A stretch of DNA of 64,000 nt. Source: the human T2T-CHM13v2.0 reference genome, Homo sapiens. Positions 40,751 to 52,534 of the stretch are shown here, piece after piece. Position numbers and translations under genes: made by a program. The notes below the pieces were generated by a model. It did not search any database and was not told where the DNA came from. It was given only the letters and a program-made list of their open reading frames with translations. The first letter of the stretch is position 1; each line of letters begins with the position of its first letter. The stretch lies in NCBI RefSeq assembly GCF_009914755.1, contig NC_060931.1; one strand, 5' to 3'.

Positions 40751-42089
40751 CACTGTCAGGGCTGAGTGGTGCAGTTGCAGAGGGAAAGGGCTGCCAGGTA
40801 TGTCCCACCCTGCTCACTGCCTGCCCCATGCCAGGACCTCTGGCCAGGTGGCCTTACTTGCCTTCAGGTGTCTGTGGCTGCGAACCCGTCTGTCTGACCT
40901 GGTGGAGAATGGGGCCTTCCATTAATCCCCAGATGCTCCTGCCTACTGTCAAAACCTAGGAAGAGAGAGAAGATACTTACCAACAATAATTTGAAGCCAG
41001 CAAGGCAAGAAGCTTTGCCCTTGGGGACCAGATAAAAATTATAACAGATGCTGCAGCCTCTGCCAAAATGAATTTGTAAATGCGTCACTTTGGTAGCAGG
41101 CGCAGTAATGAAGAAAAATACACTTTTTTTCATTCGTGGGGGTAAACAGCTGGAAAATAATATTAGTAAGGGGGAAAAACAAAAGAGAAGGCTGGGGAAT
41201 TCTTCCTGCACAAAAACAACAGGGCCAAAACTCTCGGTGCCTGTGGGAGGAGATGACGACGCTCATTCTTGCCTCGTCCTGCCACCGGGCACCACACTTT
41301 GCCCTTTGTAGGCAATGACAGACCTGGGAGGTGGAGAGAGCAGGAGAGCCACGGAGTCTGGAGCCAGCCACCAAAACTGCTGAGAAGCGAAGGAGGGACT
41401 CTGGAAGGCAAGGCATGAGTGTCCTTCACACAGCCTGCAGATCTCCTTTCACCACCTCCGTCCTGGAGGCTTCCTCCGCGTCGTCCTGGGGTTCTCCTGC
41501 CTTGGAAACCCAGCTGCTCCCCATGCAGTGTAGCCGGCCCCGCCCCCCTCCCGCAGGAAGCTCAGAGAGGGTGCAGAGACCTCGCAAGTGCAGGCTCGGC
41601 CATCATCGGAGCTCCACCAGTAGGGTCAAGGAGTACGCGGCTGGAGCAGGTTTCCAGCCCGGAAGGCATTTCCCTGAAATGTTTGAAGACGCCGCTGCAC
41701 AGGCTTCTGACCTGCAGTGTCGCTGTGCGGAAGCTCAAGGCCACTTCAGGGCCGGAGCAAGACTTTGGGGTTCTTCACCCCGCGTGTGCTGGGCCTCACT
41801 CAGTGGGTAGACTTTCCCCGAATCCCCACTTTCAGCCTGGGCCCTACCCTGAACCCCGGTCCCGTGACTGCTGCTCCCAGGACAGAGCGTTTCTGGTTCA
41901 ATTTCTCCCGAAACCAATGCCCTCGTCGTCGGCCGGAGCAGGGTTGGAAGACCATGCCAGCGCCTAACTGCTCCCCGAAAGACGTCCAGCCACTCTTCCT
42001 CTTCCCTCTCATGCTGTCCCTCGGGGGTCTCGGGTCCCAGTTTCCCGGCCTGCTGGGCTCACACACTCCCTCGGCTTCCTAGAGACCCG

Positions 42090-43150
42090 GCTTCCGGCTT
42101 CCTGCGGTCTCCCGGGCCGGCCTCCCCTCCCGGCTTCCTGAGGTCTCCCCGGCCGGCCTCCCCTCCCGGCTTCCCGCGGTCTCCCGGGCCGACTTCCGCT
42201 CCCGGCTTCCTGCGGTCTCCCCGGCCGACTTCCGCTCCCGGCTTCCTGCGGTCTCCCGGGCCGGCCTCCCCTCCCGGCTTCCTGCAGTCTCCCGGGCCGG
42301 CCTCCCCTCCCGGCTTCTTGCGGTCTCCCCGGCCGGCCTCCCCTCCCGGCTTCCTGCGGTCTCCCGGGCCGACTTCCGCTCCCGGCTTCCTGCGGTCTCC
42401 CCGGCCGACTTCCGCTCCCGGCTTCCTGCGGTCTCCCGGGCCGGCCTCCCCTCCCGGCTTCCTGCGGTCTCCCGGGCCGACTTCCGCTCCCGGCTTCCTG
42501 CGGTCTCCCCGGCCGGCCTCCCCTCCCGGCTTCCTGAGGTCTCCCCGGCCGGCCTCCCCTCCCGGCTTCCTGCGGTCTCCCGGGCCGGCCTCCCCTCCCG
42601 GCTTCTTGCGGTCTCCCCGGCCGGCCTCCCCTCCCGGCTTCCTGAGGTCTCCCGGGCCGGCCTCCCCTCCCGGCTTCCTGCGTTCTCCCCGGCCGGCCTC
42701 CCCTCCCGGCTTCCTGCGTTCTCCCCGGCCGGCCTCCCCTCCCGGCTTCCTGCGGTCTCCCCGGCCGGCCTCCCCTCCCGGCTTCCTGCGGTCTCCCCGG
42801 CCGGCCTCCCCTCCCGGCTTCCTGCGGTCTCCCCGGCCGGCCTCCCCTCCCGGCTTCCTGCGGTCTCCCGGGCCGGCCTCCCCTCCCGGCTTCCTGCGGT
42901 CTCCCGGGCCGGCCTCCCCTCCCGGCTTCCTGCGGTCTCCCCGGCCGGCCTCCCCTCCCGGCTTCCTGCGGTCTCCCGGGCCGGCCTCCCCTCCCGGCTT
43001 CCTGCGGTCTCCCCGGCCGGCCTCCCCTCCCGGCTTCCTGCGGTCTCCCGGGCCGGCCTCCCCTCCCGGCTTCCTGCGGTCTCCCGGGCCGGCCTCCCCT
43101 CCCGGCTTCCTGCAGTCTCCTCGGCCGGGCTCCCCTCCCAGCTTCCTGGG
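42090..43150. repeat. 36-bp CpG-rich VNTR, about 29 copies, CGGCCGGCCTCCCCTCCCGGCTTCCTGCGGTCTCCC
   Basis: Visible directly; gives 12-aa repeats in four open frames. Confidence 0.98.
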
Positions 43151-43390
43151 CCACACAACCCAGTGCTCGTTATTGCATTAGGTGTTGTTTCCTCCTCTTC
43201 CCTTTATTGTGGTGGGTTTATATATTTTCCATTCTTTACTTCATTAAGACAAATAAAACATACAAAGAATAATGAAATGGATACAAGTTGTTCCCGCCCT
43301 GTTAAGAAACAGAACGTGCAACACAGCTCAGCCCCCTTGGGCTCCCCTCCTCCTGGCCTCTCCCCGTTCCCCCACCCTAGATAGAACCTT

Positions 43391-43812
43391 TGCTATGGGT
43401 TAAATGTGTTCCCCCTAAAATTTATATGTTAACAGCGTAACTCCCCAGCACCTAGAACATGAGCTTATTTGGAAATAGGGTCTTTGGCACTGTAAGAAGT
43501 TCAGATGAGGTCATCCTGGAATACGGTGGCCCCAAATCCAGTGTGCCGGCGTCTTGGTAACAAGTGGAAATATGGACACAGGAACGCATGAGGAGACTGC
43601 CAGAGGAATAGTGGAGTGATGCTGTGGCCAGCCAGGGAGCCACTGGCAGCCAGAGAGGATGGGACAGACCCCCTCCCTGGTGCCCTGGAGAGACTGTGGC
43701 CCTGCGACGCCTTGCTCTTGGATATCCGGCTTCCAGAATCGTGAGATGATCCATTTCTGCTGAGGCCACATGGTCTGTGGTGCTTTGCGTGGTAGTTGCA
43801 GGAAGCCCATAC
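43391..43812 (+). mobile_element. MLT1B/C-like MaLR solo LTR
   Basis: TGCTATGGGTTAAATGTGTTCCCCCTAAAATTTATATGTT...TTATTTGGAAATAGGGTCTTTG...GATGAGGTCATCCTGGA. Confidence 0.82.
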
Positions 43813-46569
43813 GCTCCCCCTGAACTGGGCATTTGTCTCTTACCCCTAAGACCCTTTCTGTGAGTGTCTCTTGGTTTCTTCCTCCACAGGATGGACAGCG
43901 AAGGTGAAATGGAGGAGGAAAGCCTGGGGAGGCATGAGGAAGGCGGCTGGGCACCTAAGACCTTGGGCAGGACCCATTAGGGACCCTCAGCCACAGCTCA
44001 GCCCAGCCAGGGCCCTCCTGGGTCTGCACAGCCCCAGGCCTCATCACAGCCGTCATGGTGCTGCTCCTGCCACACCGGCAAAGGTCCCACTGCAGGAGTG
44101 GAGGGAAGAGCCTCCCTCACACTTTTGGGTCTGAGACTGCTTTGGACTGGAGGAAGCTCCATTCTGGGGTGGGACCAAGAGGCAGAGACCCCCTCAGAGG
44201 CAGCTGTGAACATGTGGACAAGTTACTGTGCCTATTCAGTTAGATCAGTCCAGCCACCTGATGCATTTGTGGCTGCACCAGAGACTGCCACTTGTCCTCT
44301 AGTATCCACTTTTCCTTCTAGAACCATCTAGGCTGCCCCGGATACTCTGTGAAAGATTTCGCTCCCCAGTCTCCATGTAGCTAAGGGAACATGTGGCCCA
44401 GGACAGTAGCAGAAGTGGCCCGAGAAGCTTCCGGCTGGGGTATGTATAGGGTGGCACATCTTGCCCCTTGCTCTGCTGGTGTGCAGGGGACACGGACATG
44501 AGCGAGGACCCAGGAGGATGCTGGACGGCTCAGTCTGGGGAGGAGCCATCCCTCTCTGACTCCTTTCACCTCCTGATGTGTACCGGGGCGAGGCTTACCT
44601 GGATGAACACCGTGAATGAAATGGAACAGCAGTGGGTCGAGCCCCGCCTTGGGGCATCGCAGCACCAGGAACGTGGCTCGCACTAACATGCGTGACCTCG
44701 GCTAAGCTTCATGACAGTCCTGTAAGAGGAGGGCTGTCTTTATCCTCTTTCTCAGATGAGAAGACTGAGGCCCAGAGAACTCCACAGCCGCTCAGACCGC
44801 ACAGGCAGGAAAAGGCGGATGTGGGACTCAACTCCAGCCTCTGCCGTTCGTCACCAGCTGAACGTGGGCAGTTACCCCTCTGAGTTTCCTCAGCTGTCCA
44901 AGTGGCAACTGGTGCCCTCAGGGCTGCTGTGAGGGCCGAGTGGGACAAGGACCAGCCGGTCCCCATTAAAGGGCCATTTTGAGGTGCAAAAAGGCTGATG
45001 TCTGCAACTCTGTTGGTGCAACCTCATATATAAAGAGCCAGGGGAGGGGCTAGACCTACAGCAGACATTGTCATCATCCTGATCTGGGGGGGCACCTTAA
45101 AGGGGAGCTGCACCCCCAAATGCCGGGAGCTTTTCCATTGTCCTGGGAGAACAGGGGAAGCCTGGGGTGGAAAATGCATTGGGTTTAACCGCAGCCTTTT
45201 GTGGGTGGCAGTGCTGTGCATGTGTGTGTCTGTGTGTGTGTCCAGGGATGGGGATTGTGGCATTTTATTGGTAACCTAAATAACTGTGGCGAAAGCTTCC
45301 AGCACAGTAGAAAGGCGAAGTCACTCATTGTTTTTTCATTAAAAGCGTCTAAATGACAGATTGGAGCAGGTGCAATATTATCATTTAATTTGTCTCTCTG
45401 CCATTTTTTAGGCTACAAGTGTCCTCCTGGGTCTTAGGAGGAACTAGTTGAAAACGTTCAAGGCACCGACCATTCCAATGTTTTTAACAATTTAAAAGCA
45501 ACTGAAGCTAGCAGAAATACTCCACCGTGAAAACATCAGTGCCATTAACCCACTGGACAGGACACCCCAGGATCACGCTTAAGTTGCGCTTTATTCTCAG
45601 ACACTGACTCCATTCCCAAAGGACACTATGACAAGAATTATCTTCTCCAGAGCAAAGGCAATCTTGCCCAAGATGCTCCAAAGATGTCCAGGCATAAAGC
45701 CAAGCCCTCGTCTTTAGGAATGATCAAGTCAGGCAGCAAGCTTGCCTCCCTGGGAGACCCCACCTCCACCCCACCAACCACATGTCTCTGCTTGGCTCTT
45801 CAGACTCCGGGGCTCCAGGCCAGGACCCCAGACACTAGAACTCAGGGGACACCTGGCTGCACTCCTTATCCTAACCAAACCATTTGGTAAGTGTGATCTT
45901 ACCAGCCAGCTGCTTGTAGGGGAGATGGGGTGAAAATTGTGGTCCCCAGGAAATGGGATCCCCATCCTTGGACTCGGGTGTCCTGCCTCCCCGCTGAAGG
46001 GCAAGAGACACATCTCGCGTTCCTGCAACGGGTGTGGGGCTGGGGTACTCAGAGAAGATGAACAGACAGGCCCACACAGGAGAGGCTCAAGTGCCCTCTG
46101 GAATTTCCCCACCTGGGGTTATACAGCAAATACATTATGTGAAAGGCAGCCCCCAACTTTTATTAGATTTTCATCAGGAATGATCCTGTTAAATATTTAA
46201 GATGGGCTTTTGAGAATGATATTTTTAAAGAATCATGTGACAAAGAGAAGAACACGGGGAAGCATAAATTTTTAAAATTCATTCCCTCGATATAATAATT
46301 CTACGAGGCATTTATTGCTGCTCAGCTCTAAGGAGAACCAATCAGCAAGTATCTTTCTTGTGGCCAACTATCCTGTCCTCTTGGCCCCAGGACCCCCATC
46401 TGCAATCGCCAATCCCAGCTGTTTACCTGAACTAATACCAGCTGGCTGGATGAAGACGGTAACTCAGATTTTTTTTAAGGGGTCTGACTTTTGTGTTCCC
46501 ACTAAATTAGCACTGTCTCTTACTGAATTAAACAGATTCTCTATTTTGGCATAGTAAGGTCCAGTCAAA

Positions 46570-47310
46570 GCACACACATACACACACATTTGCACACACA
46601 GACATGCCATGCAAGTTCACACACACACCTGCACACACACTTGCATGCACACACACTTGCATGCACAGACAGGCCATGCAGGTGCACACACACCCCTGCA
46701 CACACACACACGTACACACACTTGCATGCACAGACACGCCATGCAGGTGCACACACACACCTGCACACACACACAGCATGTACACACACTCGCACACACA
46801 CACTCACCTGCACATGCACACAGCATGCACACACACATGGACAGACATGCCATGTAGGTGCACACACACTCGCAAACACACACTCACCTGCACACACCAC
46901 ACATGGCATGCACACACAGACATGCACACACACTTGCATGCACAGACACACCATGTAGGTGCGCACACACTCGCACACACACGGCATGCACACACACGGC
47001 ATGCATACACACTTGCGTGCACACACACTCACCTGCACACACCCATGGCATGCATACACACTCGCGCACACACACAGCATGCACACACACGTGCACACAC
47101 ACCTGCACACACACACGGCATGCACACACGCACGTGCACACACATGCACATACATGACACACAGACTTGCACACACATAAGACATGCACACACTTGCATG
47201 CACCAATATGCCATGCAGGCACACACGCACACGACACACACATTCACATGCACACACGCACATATGTGATACACTTGCACACACGACATGCACATACTTG
47301 CACACACAGG
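46570..47310. repeat. (CA)n/(ATGCAC)-type low-complexity alternating purine-pyrimidine tract
   Basis: About 740 bp of CACACA, TGCA and CATG mixtures. Confidence 0.95.
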
Positions 47311-48469
47311 CACACTATCCCTTCATGCTGTCAGACACATCCTGTCACGCTCAGGCTGTGGGCATGGAGCCCAAGGGCAGGACAGAAGGTTGGGAATCCC
47401 AGGGCTTGTGTGTTTCTGGTGCTGCCCAGCCCCTGTCTCCTGCTGGGAAGGCAGGGACATGGGGCAGGGAGCTCACCAGGGTCACAGAAGCCCAAGACGA
47501 AGATGATGATGATGATGATGGACAAAAGGAATAGTGGGGGCACCTGGGAGGCGTGACATCACATGCCTGAGCCCTGGCCCTGCCCCATCGATCCCGCCTT
47601 CCCAAGGGTACCCAGCAAGTGTGCCCTGCTTCAGGTCCCATTTCACTATTCGGCCAACACAGAATCCCCACCGAGGTGCCAGCAGATGCAGAAGACGGGA
47701 GGGGCTGGCGAGCCAGGCAGGGCACCCCCAGGCGAGCCCCCCAGAGGGCAGAAAGGCTGGGACTTGTCTCTCAAGTAAAAGTCGAGGTTGCGTGACTGGG
47801 GGTCTGTCCCCAAGGCTGCCCCCGGTGGAGACGGCCACCGCCAGTCCACAGGACAGTGGAACAAGAGCAGATTCCATCCACTTACCATCCACTCTCCAAA
47901 GTGTAGCCCTTAGACCTCACCTAACTGCAGAGGAGATGGCAATGTGTGCCCCTAACATGTAGTTCCCTGACTAAAGGGACACCTGCCGTCTCTGCCACAC
48001 TGAACACAAACCCTGGGCCTGCACCCTTTTCTCGGTTCTACAGTGGAACATACTTGAGAAAAGAAAAGCTGACTTCAAAGGACAGGACGGGACCTGCTCA
48101 GGGATAGCTGAACTTGAATCTGGGTTCAAAGCCTTTGAAAACATATGATGGGCCTAGTATTTGGGGTCAGGGATCCACCTTCTAGACCACCAGGACGGTG
48201 GAGGGGAAAGGAGCGTTTCTTGTAGCATTCCCCTTGCCCCTCCTCCTGACAGGCCGAGGCACCTGGTCCCTGAATTGCAGGAGGCAGTGCCCCTCAGCCA
48301 GGCTGCACAACCTTCCGTGGCCGTGAGGGGCAAGGCTGGTCCTGGCTCCAGCCCCTGCCACACTGCTTTGCCCAGCAGCCCCGGACTCTCCTGCCTGCGG
48401 TGTGCAGGTTCAACACCCCCATATGATTTACAATACGTCATTTGGACTAACAGCTGTTGTCTAAGCTGC

Positions 48470-49087
48470 CTGTTAGGCAGGGTTCTGCAGGGAAGCAAAG
48501 CTAATAGGGTGTGTGTGTGTGTGTGTGTGTGTGCGTGCACACAAACGTGCACACATCTATATGTCTGTATCTTTGTCAAGAGGAAGAGAGACATCTATTT
48601 TAACAAAAATTCACTCACTGATTGTGGGGACTGGCGGGACTGAAATCTGTTGAACAGTCTTGCCGGCTGAGATTCAGGTAAGAGTTGATGCTGAGGTCCT
48701 GAGCCCGCGTTCTGCTGGGTAGCCAGTGGGGAACTCTGGCTGGGTTCCTACATTATCAGCTTGAGACAGAATTCCTCCTCCCTAGGGAGACCTCAGTCTT
48801 TGCCTTTAGACCTTCAGCTGATTGGGTGAGGCCCACCCACGCTGTGGAGGGCCATCTGTTTACTGAAAGGCAATTGGTTGTAGGTGTTAAACACTATAAA
48901 TAGTGTATCTACTATTTATACTATCAATAGCGTAGCAGGTACATTGAGTTAACGCTGTCAGAGGAGACAGTCCTCTGCCTAAAGACAGACCTCAGGACAT
49001 GTGAGATGTCTATGCAAAGCCTCCTGCCCACACAGAATATAAGCAATATTAGCTTATAAGCATGACAAGGTGACACTCACCACCACA
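48470..49087 (-). mobile_element. MLT2 (ERVL) LTR with a (GT)n microsatellite and a foreign 126-bp insert
   Basis: GCAGGGTTCT...AATAGG(GT)n...GGTAAGAGTTGATGCTG...CCTTCAGCTGATTGGGTGAGGCCCACCCAC...GGAGGGCCATCTG. Confidence 0.78.
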
Positions 49088-49968
49088 GCTGCCAACAGGA
49101 ACTTGCCTCCTTCTCCTGCCTGGACGTCCACCAATACGTTTTACATTTGTGTTTTAATTCCTTTGAAGGAAACCAGGAACTTTCTCTAAAAACAGTGCCC
49201 TCCAGTGGGCAAAATTCCATCGTCTAGCCAGGGAGCTGGGCCAAAGGCGGCCCCAGGCAAGCCGACTGTGGTGCCTACATCCCTGAAGGGTTGTCAGAAA
49301 ACAAAGACAATGATTCAGGCAGGCCCTGGGTGGCCTGCACAGCCACCGTTCCTTTATTTGTCATCTGGCCTTTGTAGAGAAAGTTTGCCGAGCCCCGATC
49401 TGAGCATCTTTCATCTTCTCTCTCCATGTCTTGCTCCACACGCCACCATCTGCCACTTTCTGGATGGGCATTGCTTACTCGGCCTGAAGCGACGCTGTGC
49501 TGACACTAACAGTCTTTAGGTATTTCCCCTTGCCTTGGTGCATCTGCCTCCCCCTCCAGACCCCACCTGTCCTGCTCACGGTGTTTGTTCTTTACCCAGA
49601 ACTGATCTGGTGCATCTGCGTATTCATCAAGCTTAAGTATTCATTAAGCGTAGCAGGTGCATTAAGTTAACGCTGTCAGAGGAGACGGTCCTCTGCCTAA
49701 AGGCAAACCTCGGGACATGTGAGAGGCCTATGCAAAGCCTCCTGCCCACACAGAATATAAGCAATATTAGCTGGTTAGTCATTTACACATTAGTATAAAC
49801 AAGTACTCCCATCCTAGCCATGAAGGATAATTTAAAAGAGAGGAAAGTTTGGGCAGAATCAGAACACTGATGCCTGAGCAAGTGGATGACCAGAGAGGAA
49901 ACCCTCTCTGGAGACAGGAAAGAAGTGACTAAAAAGGGGAGGTTGCCAGCACTGAAGACAAACCGTCT

Positions 49969-50508
49969 CTATTTCATCACTTCCCCAGGACTTGGCCCAA
50001 GTAACAGCTCCTCAAACCTTTCATTGGGCAAAGACTGCTCGATGAGTGACTCATAAACACAAAAAGCACAGGCACCACTGCTCTGCACCCAGATACTGTT
50101 TCCCCACAGGGCTGCCAGGGAGGATCCCCCCAGGGTCTCCAGAACACAGGGTTCTGAGGTGTCAGTCCACCCTCCGTGGGGGAAAGGACTCCAGGGGAAA
50201 TGTCTGGTTAGATAAAGCCACGCATGTGTACTTCCCCCGGGGCTGCTCGGAGCCTTCCCTCTGCTCACACATATGCCGTCACCTCTAGGAGAGGTCACGG
50301 GTGGCGGCGTGTCCCGAACTCTTTCCAACACGAGCTGCCCCTCACTTTCTGCCTGGTCTGCCAGAAACACCGAGAGAAGCCAATCTTCCAAGGCCCTCCG
50401 TCTGGGAAACTCTGACCTGGGGGCCACGCTAAGGGGAAAGCTCCCGTTCTGTAAATCAGTGCTCTCTTCCGAGGCCCAGCTGGAGGCAGGGATGATGTCT
50501 TTCATCAT
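49969..50508 (-). CDS. Hypothetical 179-aa ORF in unique sequence; coding status unproven
   Basis: ATG-initiated, not repeat-derived, no recognisable domain; a minus-strand AATAAA lies at 49353-49358. Confidence 0.2.
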   Translation of the reverse strand: MMKDIIPASSWASEESTDLQNGSFPLSVAPRSEFPRRRALEDWLLSVFLADQAESEGQLVLERVRDTPPPVTSPRGDGICVSRGKAPSSPGGSTHAWLYLTRHFPWSPFPHGGWTDTSEPCVLETLGGSSLAALWGNSIWVQSSGACAFCVYESLIEQSLPNERFEELLLGPSPGEVMK

Positions 50509-51361
50509 TCGCAGGAGGATGGCGTAAGCCCTGAGAGGTGTGAAAGGTAAGTAACGCCATGCTTTCCAAAGTCCCTCTGCCCACAGCTCCTCCTTCTGAA
50601 GGGAAGAAGAAAGGAAAGGGAAGGGAAGGCGATCACGAGGAAAGGAGGGAAAGTGGGGGTGCCAGGCGAGGGAGAGGCTGGGGGAGGCCCTGCCGCACCC
50701 CCTCTGTGCCTCCCTGGGACAGGCCTCCCGCCCCTCCCTCTGCTGGCAGCCTCGGTCTGTCCAGTCTCAGTTCCGCCCAGATGCCTGCAGCAGAGCCTGC
50801 TGTGGGGACCTGCTGGAGACGTGCAGCGCGCACCCAGCCTCTCATCAGCTCCAGGCTGCGCTGTCACCCCATGGACAGTGACTTCTGGCATCCACGCACT
50901 CCAGACAGATGTGCAGCCAGCGCCGCCAGCCCGGAAGGGCGTCTGACACGTTTCTCAGCTGTGTTCCCTCTTTCAAGGTCACTGGCTTGAGCTCTTCCCT
51001 TCTCCGAGCACACGGACGTGGCAGCGGGCAGCGGGCAGATGGTGCACAGTCTCACATCCTCGGGCACCCGACGGCGCGGGGACCCCTGTGGTCTCTGCAC
51101 TGCGGGCACCTGCAAGCAGAGCTCTGCAGACGAAACTGAAGCCCCCCATCGTCACAGGCCGGGCTCCTGCCCCAGCCCCTGCGCTGCCCTCGGAACCGGC
51201 CTGCACGCCCGCCCCACAGAGAGGCAGAGCTCTGCAGCTCCACAGCCCACGTTGTGCTGGCCAAAGTCACCACTGAGATGCCGGGGACTCAGGGGGCACA
51301 GGTGACCCCGAGCTCTGGCTCTGCAGCCCCGCCCACTGCAGGTCTCCGTGAGAGTAATACC

Positions 51362-51800
51362 TGTGTGTATTGTATATATTTTCTAAATTTTCTGTGTATT
51401 ATGTTTTGACATCTTAGAAAAGCTTTCTGGCTGGGGAGAGCCTGCCCCTCCAGGGGCTGGCCAATTCTGATACAGCCAGGGCTCAGAGCATGCCTTTCAT
51501 ACACAAACTAGCCAGCATACCTCCTCTCTCTGGCCCTAAACTCCCTGGGCGATATTCCCTTGCCCTGACCATCACAGCGCCAGGTCCTGGGTGACTAGGG
51601 ACCACCCCCACCCACAGCCAAACCTGCTGAGATGATTCCAACTGGCCAGTCCTAAATCATTCACCTCCCTGCCCTTCCTTTTTCACGGAAGCCCCACTCC
51701 TGCCCAGGCACTCCCCTTGCTCTTGTCTGCTGCCTCCTGACCGCCCTGGCACCCCCCACCATGGCCCAGAGTGCACTAAACTTCCTCCTCATCCCCTCCT
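51362..51800 (+). mobile_element. MER74-like ERVL solo LTR
   Basis: TGTATTATGTTTTGACATCTTAG...GGGGAGAGCCTGCCCCTCCAGGGGCTGGCCAATTC...GCATGCCTTTCATACACAAAC...CTAGGGAC. Confidence 0.75.
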
Positions 51801-52106
51801 GTGGCCACATGACTTGACCGTGCCACATGGGCACGACATTCTCAAAACACCAAGGCAGGCCCGGGGAGGTATTTTTAGGTGGGGGCTGGGGCTGGGGAGT
51901 GGCTGGAAGGAAAAGCAGGGCGGGCTGCAGCATCCTCACTCACTTCCCCCTATCCCTGGGCTTTGCACTTCCCCCCCCTCAGGGCAGACAGGTGAGGACA
52001 CACGGGCACCAAAATAAGCAAAGTGATGCCACAGTGGAGGTGGCAGCTCCGGAGCTGCTGGCCTTGCTGCCCTTCTGGCTGTCCACTGACCCCCTCCTCC
52101 AAGCGC

Positions 52107-52534
52107 TGTATGAGTCTCTTGTGGCCACCAGAATGACGTCCCACAGACTGGGCACCTTTAACAGTGGACATTCCTTCCCTCTCAGCTCTAGAGGCTGGAA
52201 GTCCTAGATGAGGGTGCCAGGGCCTCACCCCCTCTGAAGTCTGCAGGGAGGATCGCCCTGCACCTGGCCCAGTTCTGGTGTGGCCGGCAATCCCAGGGGT
52301 CCTTGGCTCCAGCCTCCCCTCTGCTGTTGCATGGCTATCTTCTCTGGGTGTCTCTCTGTGCCTCTGCTCCTCCTACAAGGACACCAGCCATTGTACTGAG
52401 GGCTCACCCTACTCCAGGGTGACCTCACCCCAACCTCACCAATGACATCTGCAGAGACCCTATTTCTATATAAGGTCACATTCTGAGGTTTGGGGATGGA
52501 CCTTAATTTGGAGCACACTATTCACCCAGTACCA
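52107..52534 (-). mobile_element. MLT1C-like MaLR solo LTR
   Basis: CAGCTCTAGAGGCTGGAAGTCC...AAGGACACCAGCCATTG...ACATCTGCAGAGACCCTATTTC...TAAGGTCACATTCTGAGG. Confidence 0.85.

Noticed and set aside
42009-43181. RGG- and Pro-rich ORFs of 287-381 aa on both strands
   Set aside because: They come from a stop-free 36-bp GC-rich VNTR with no independent coding evidence.
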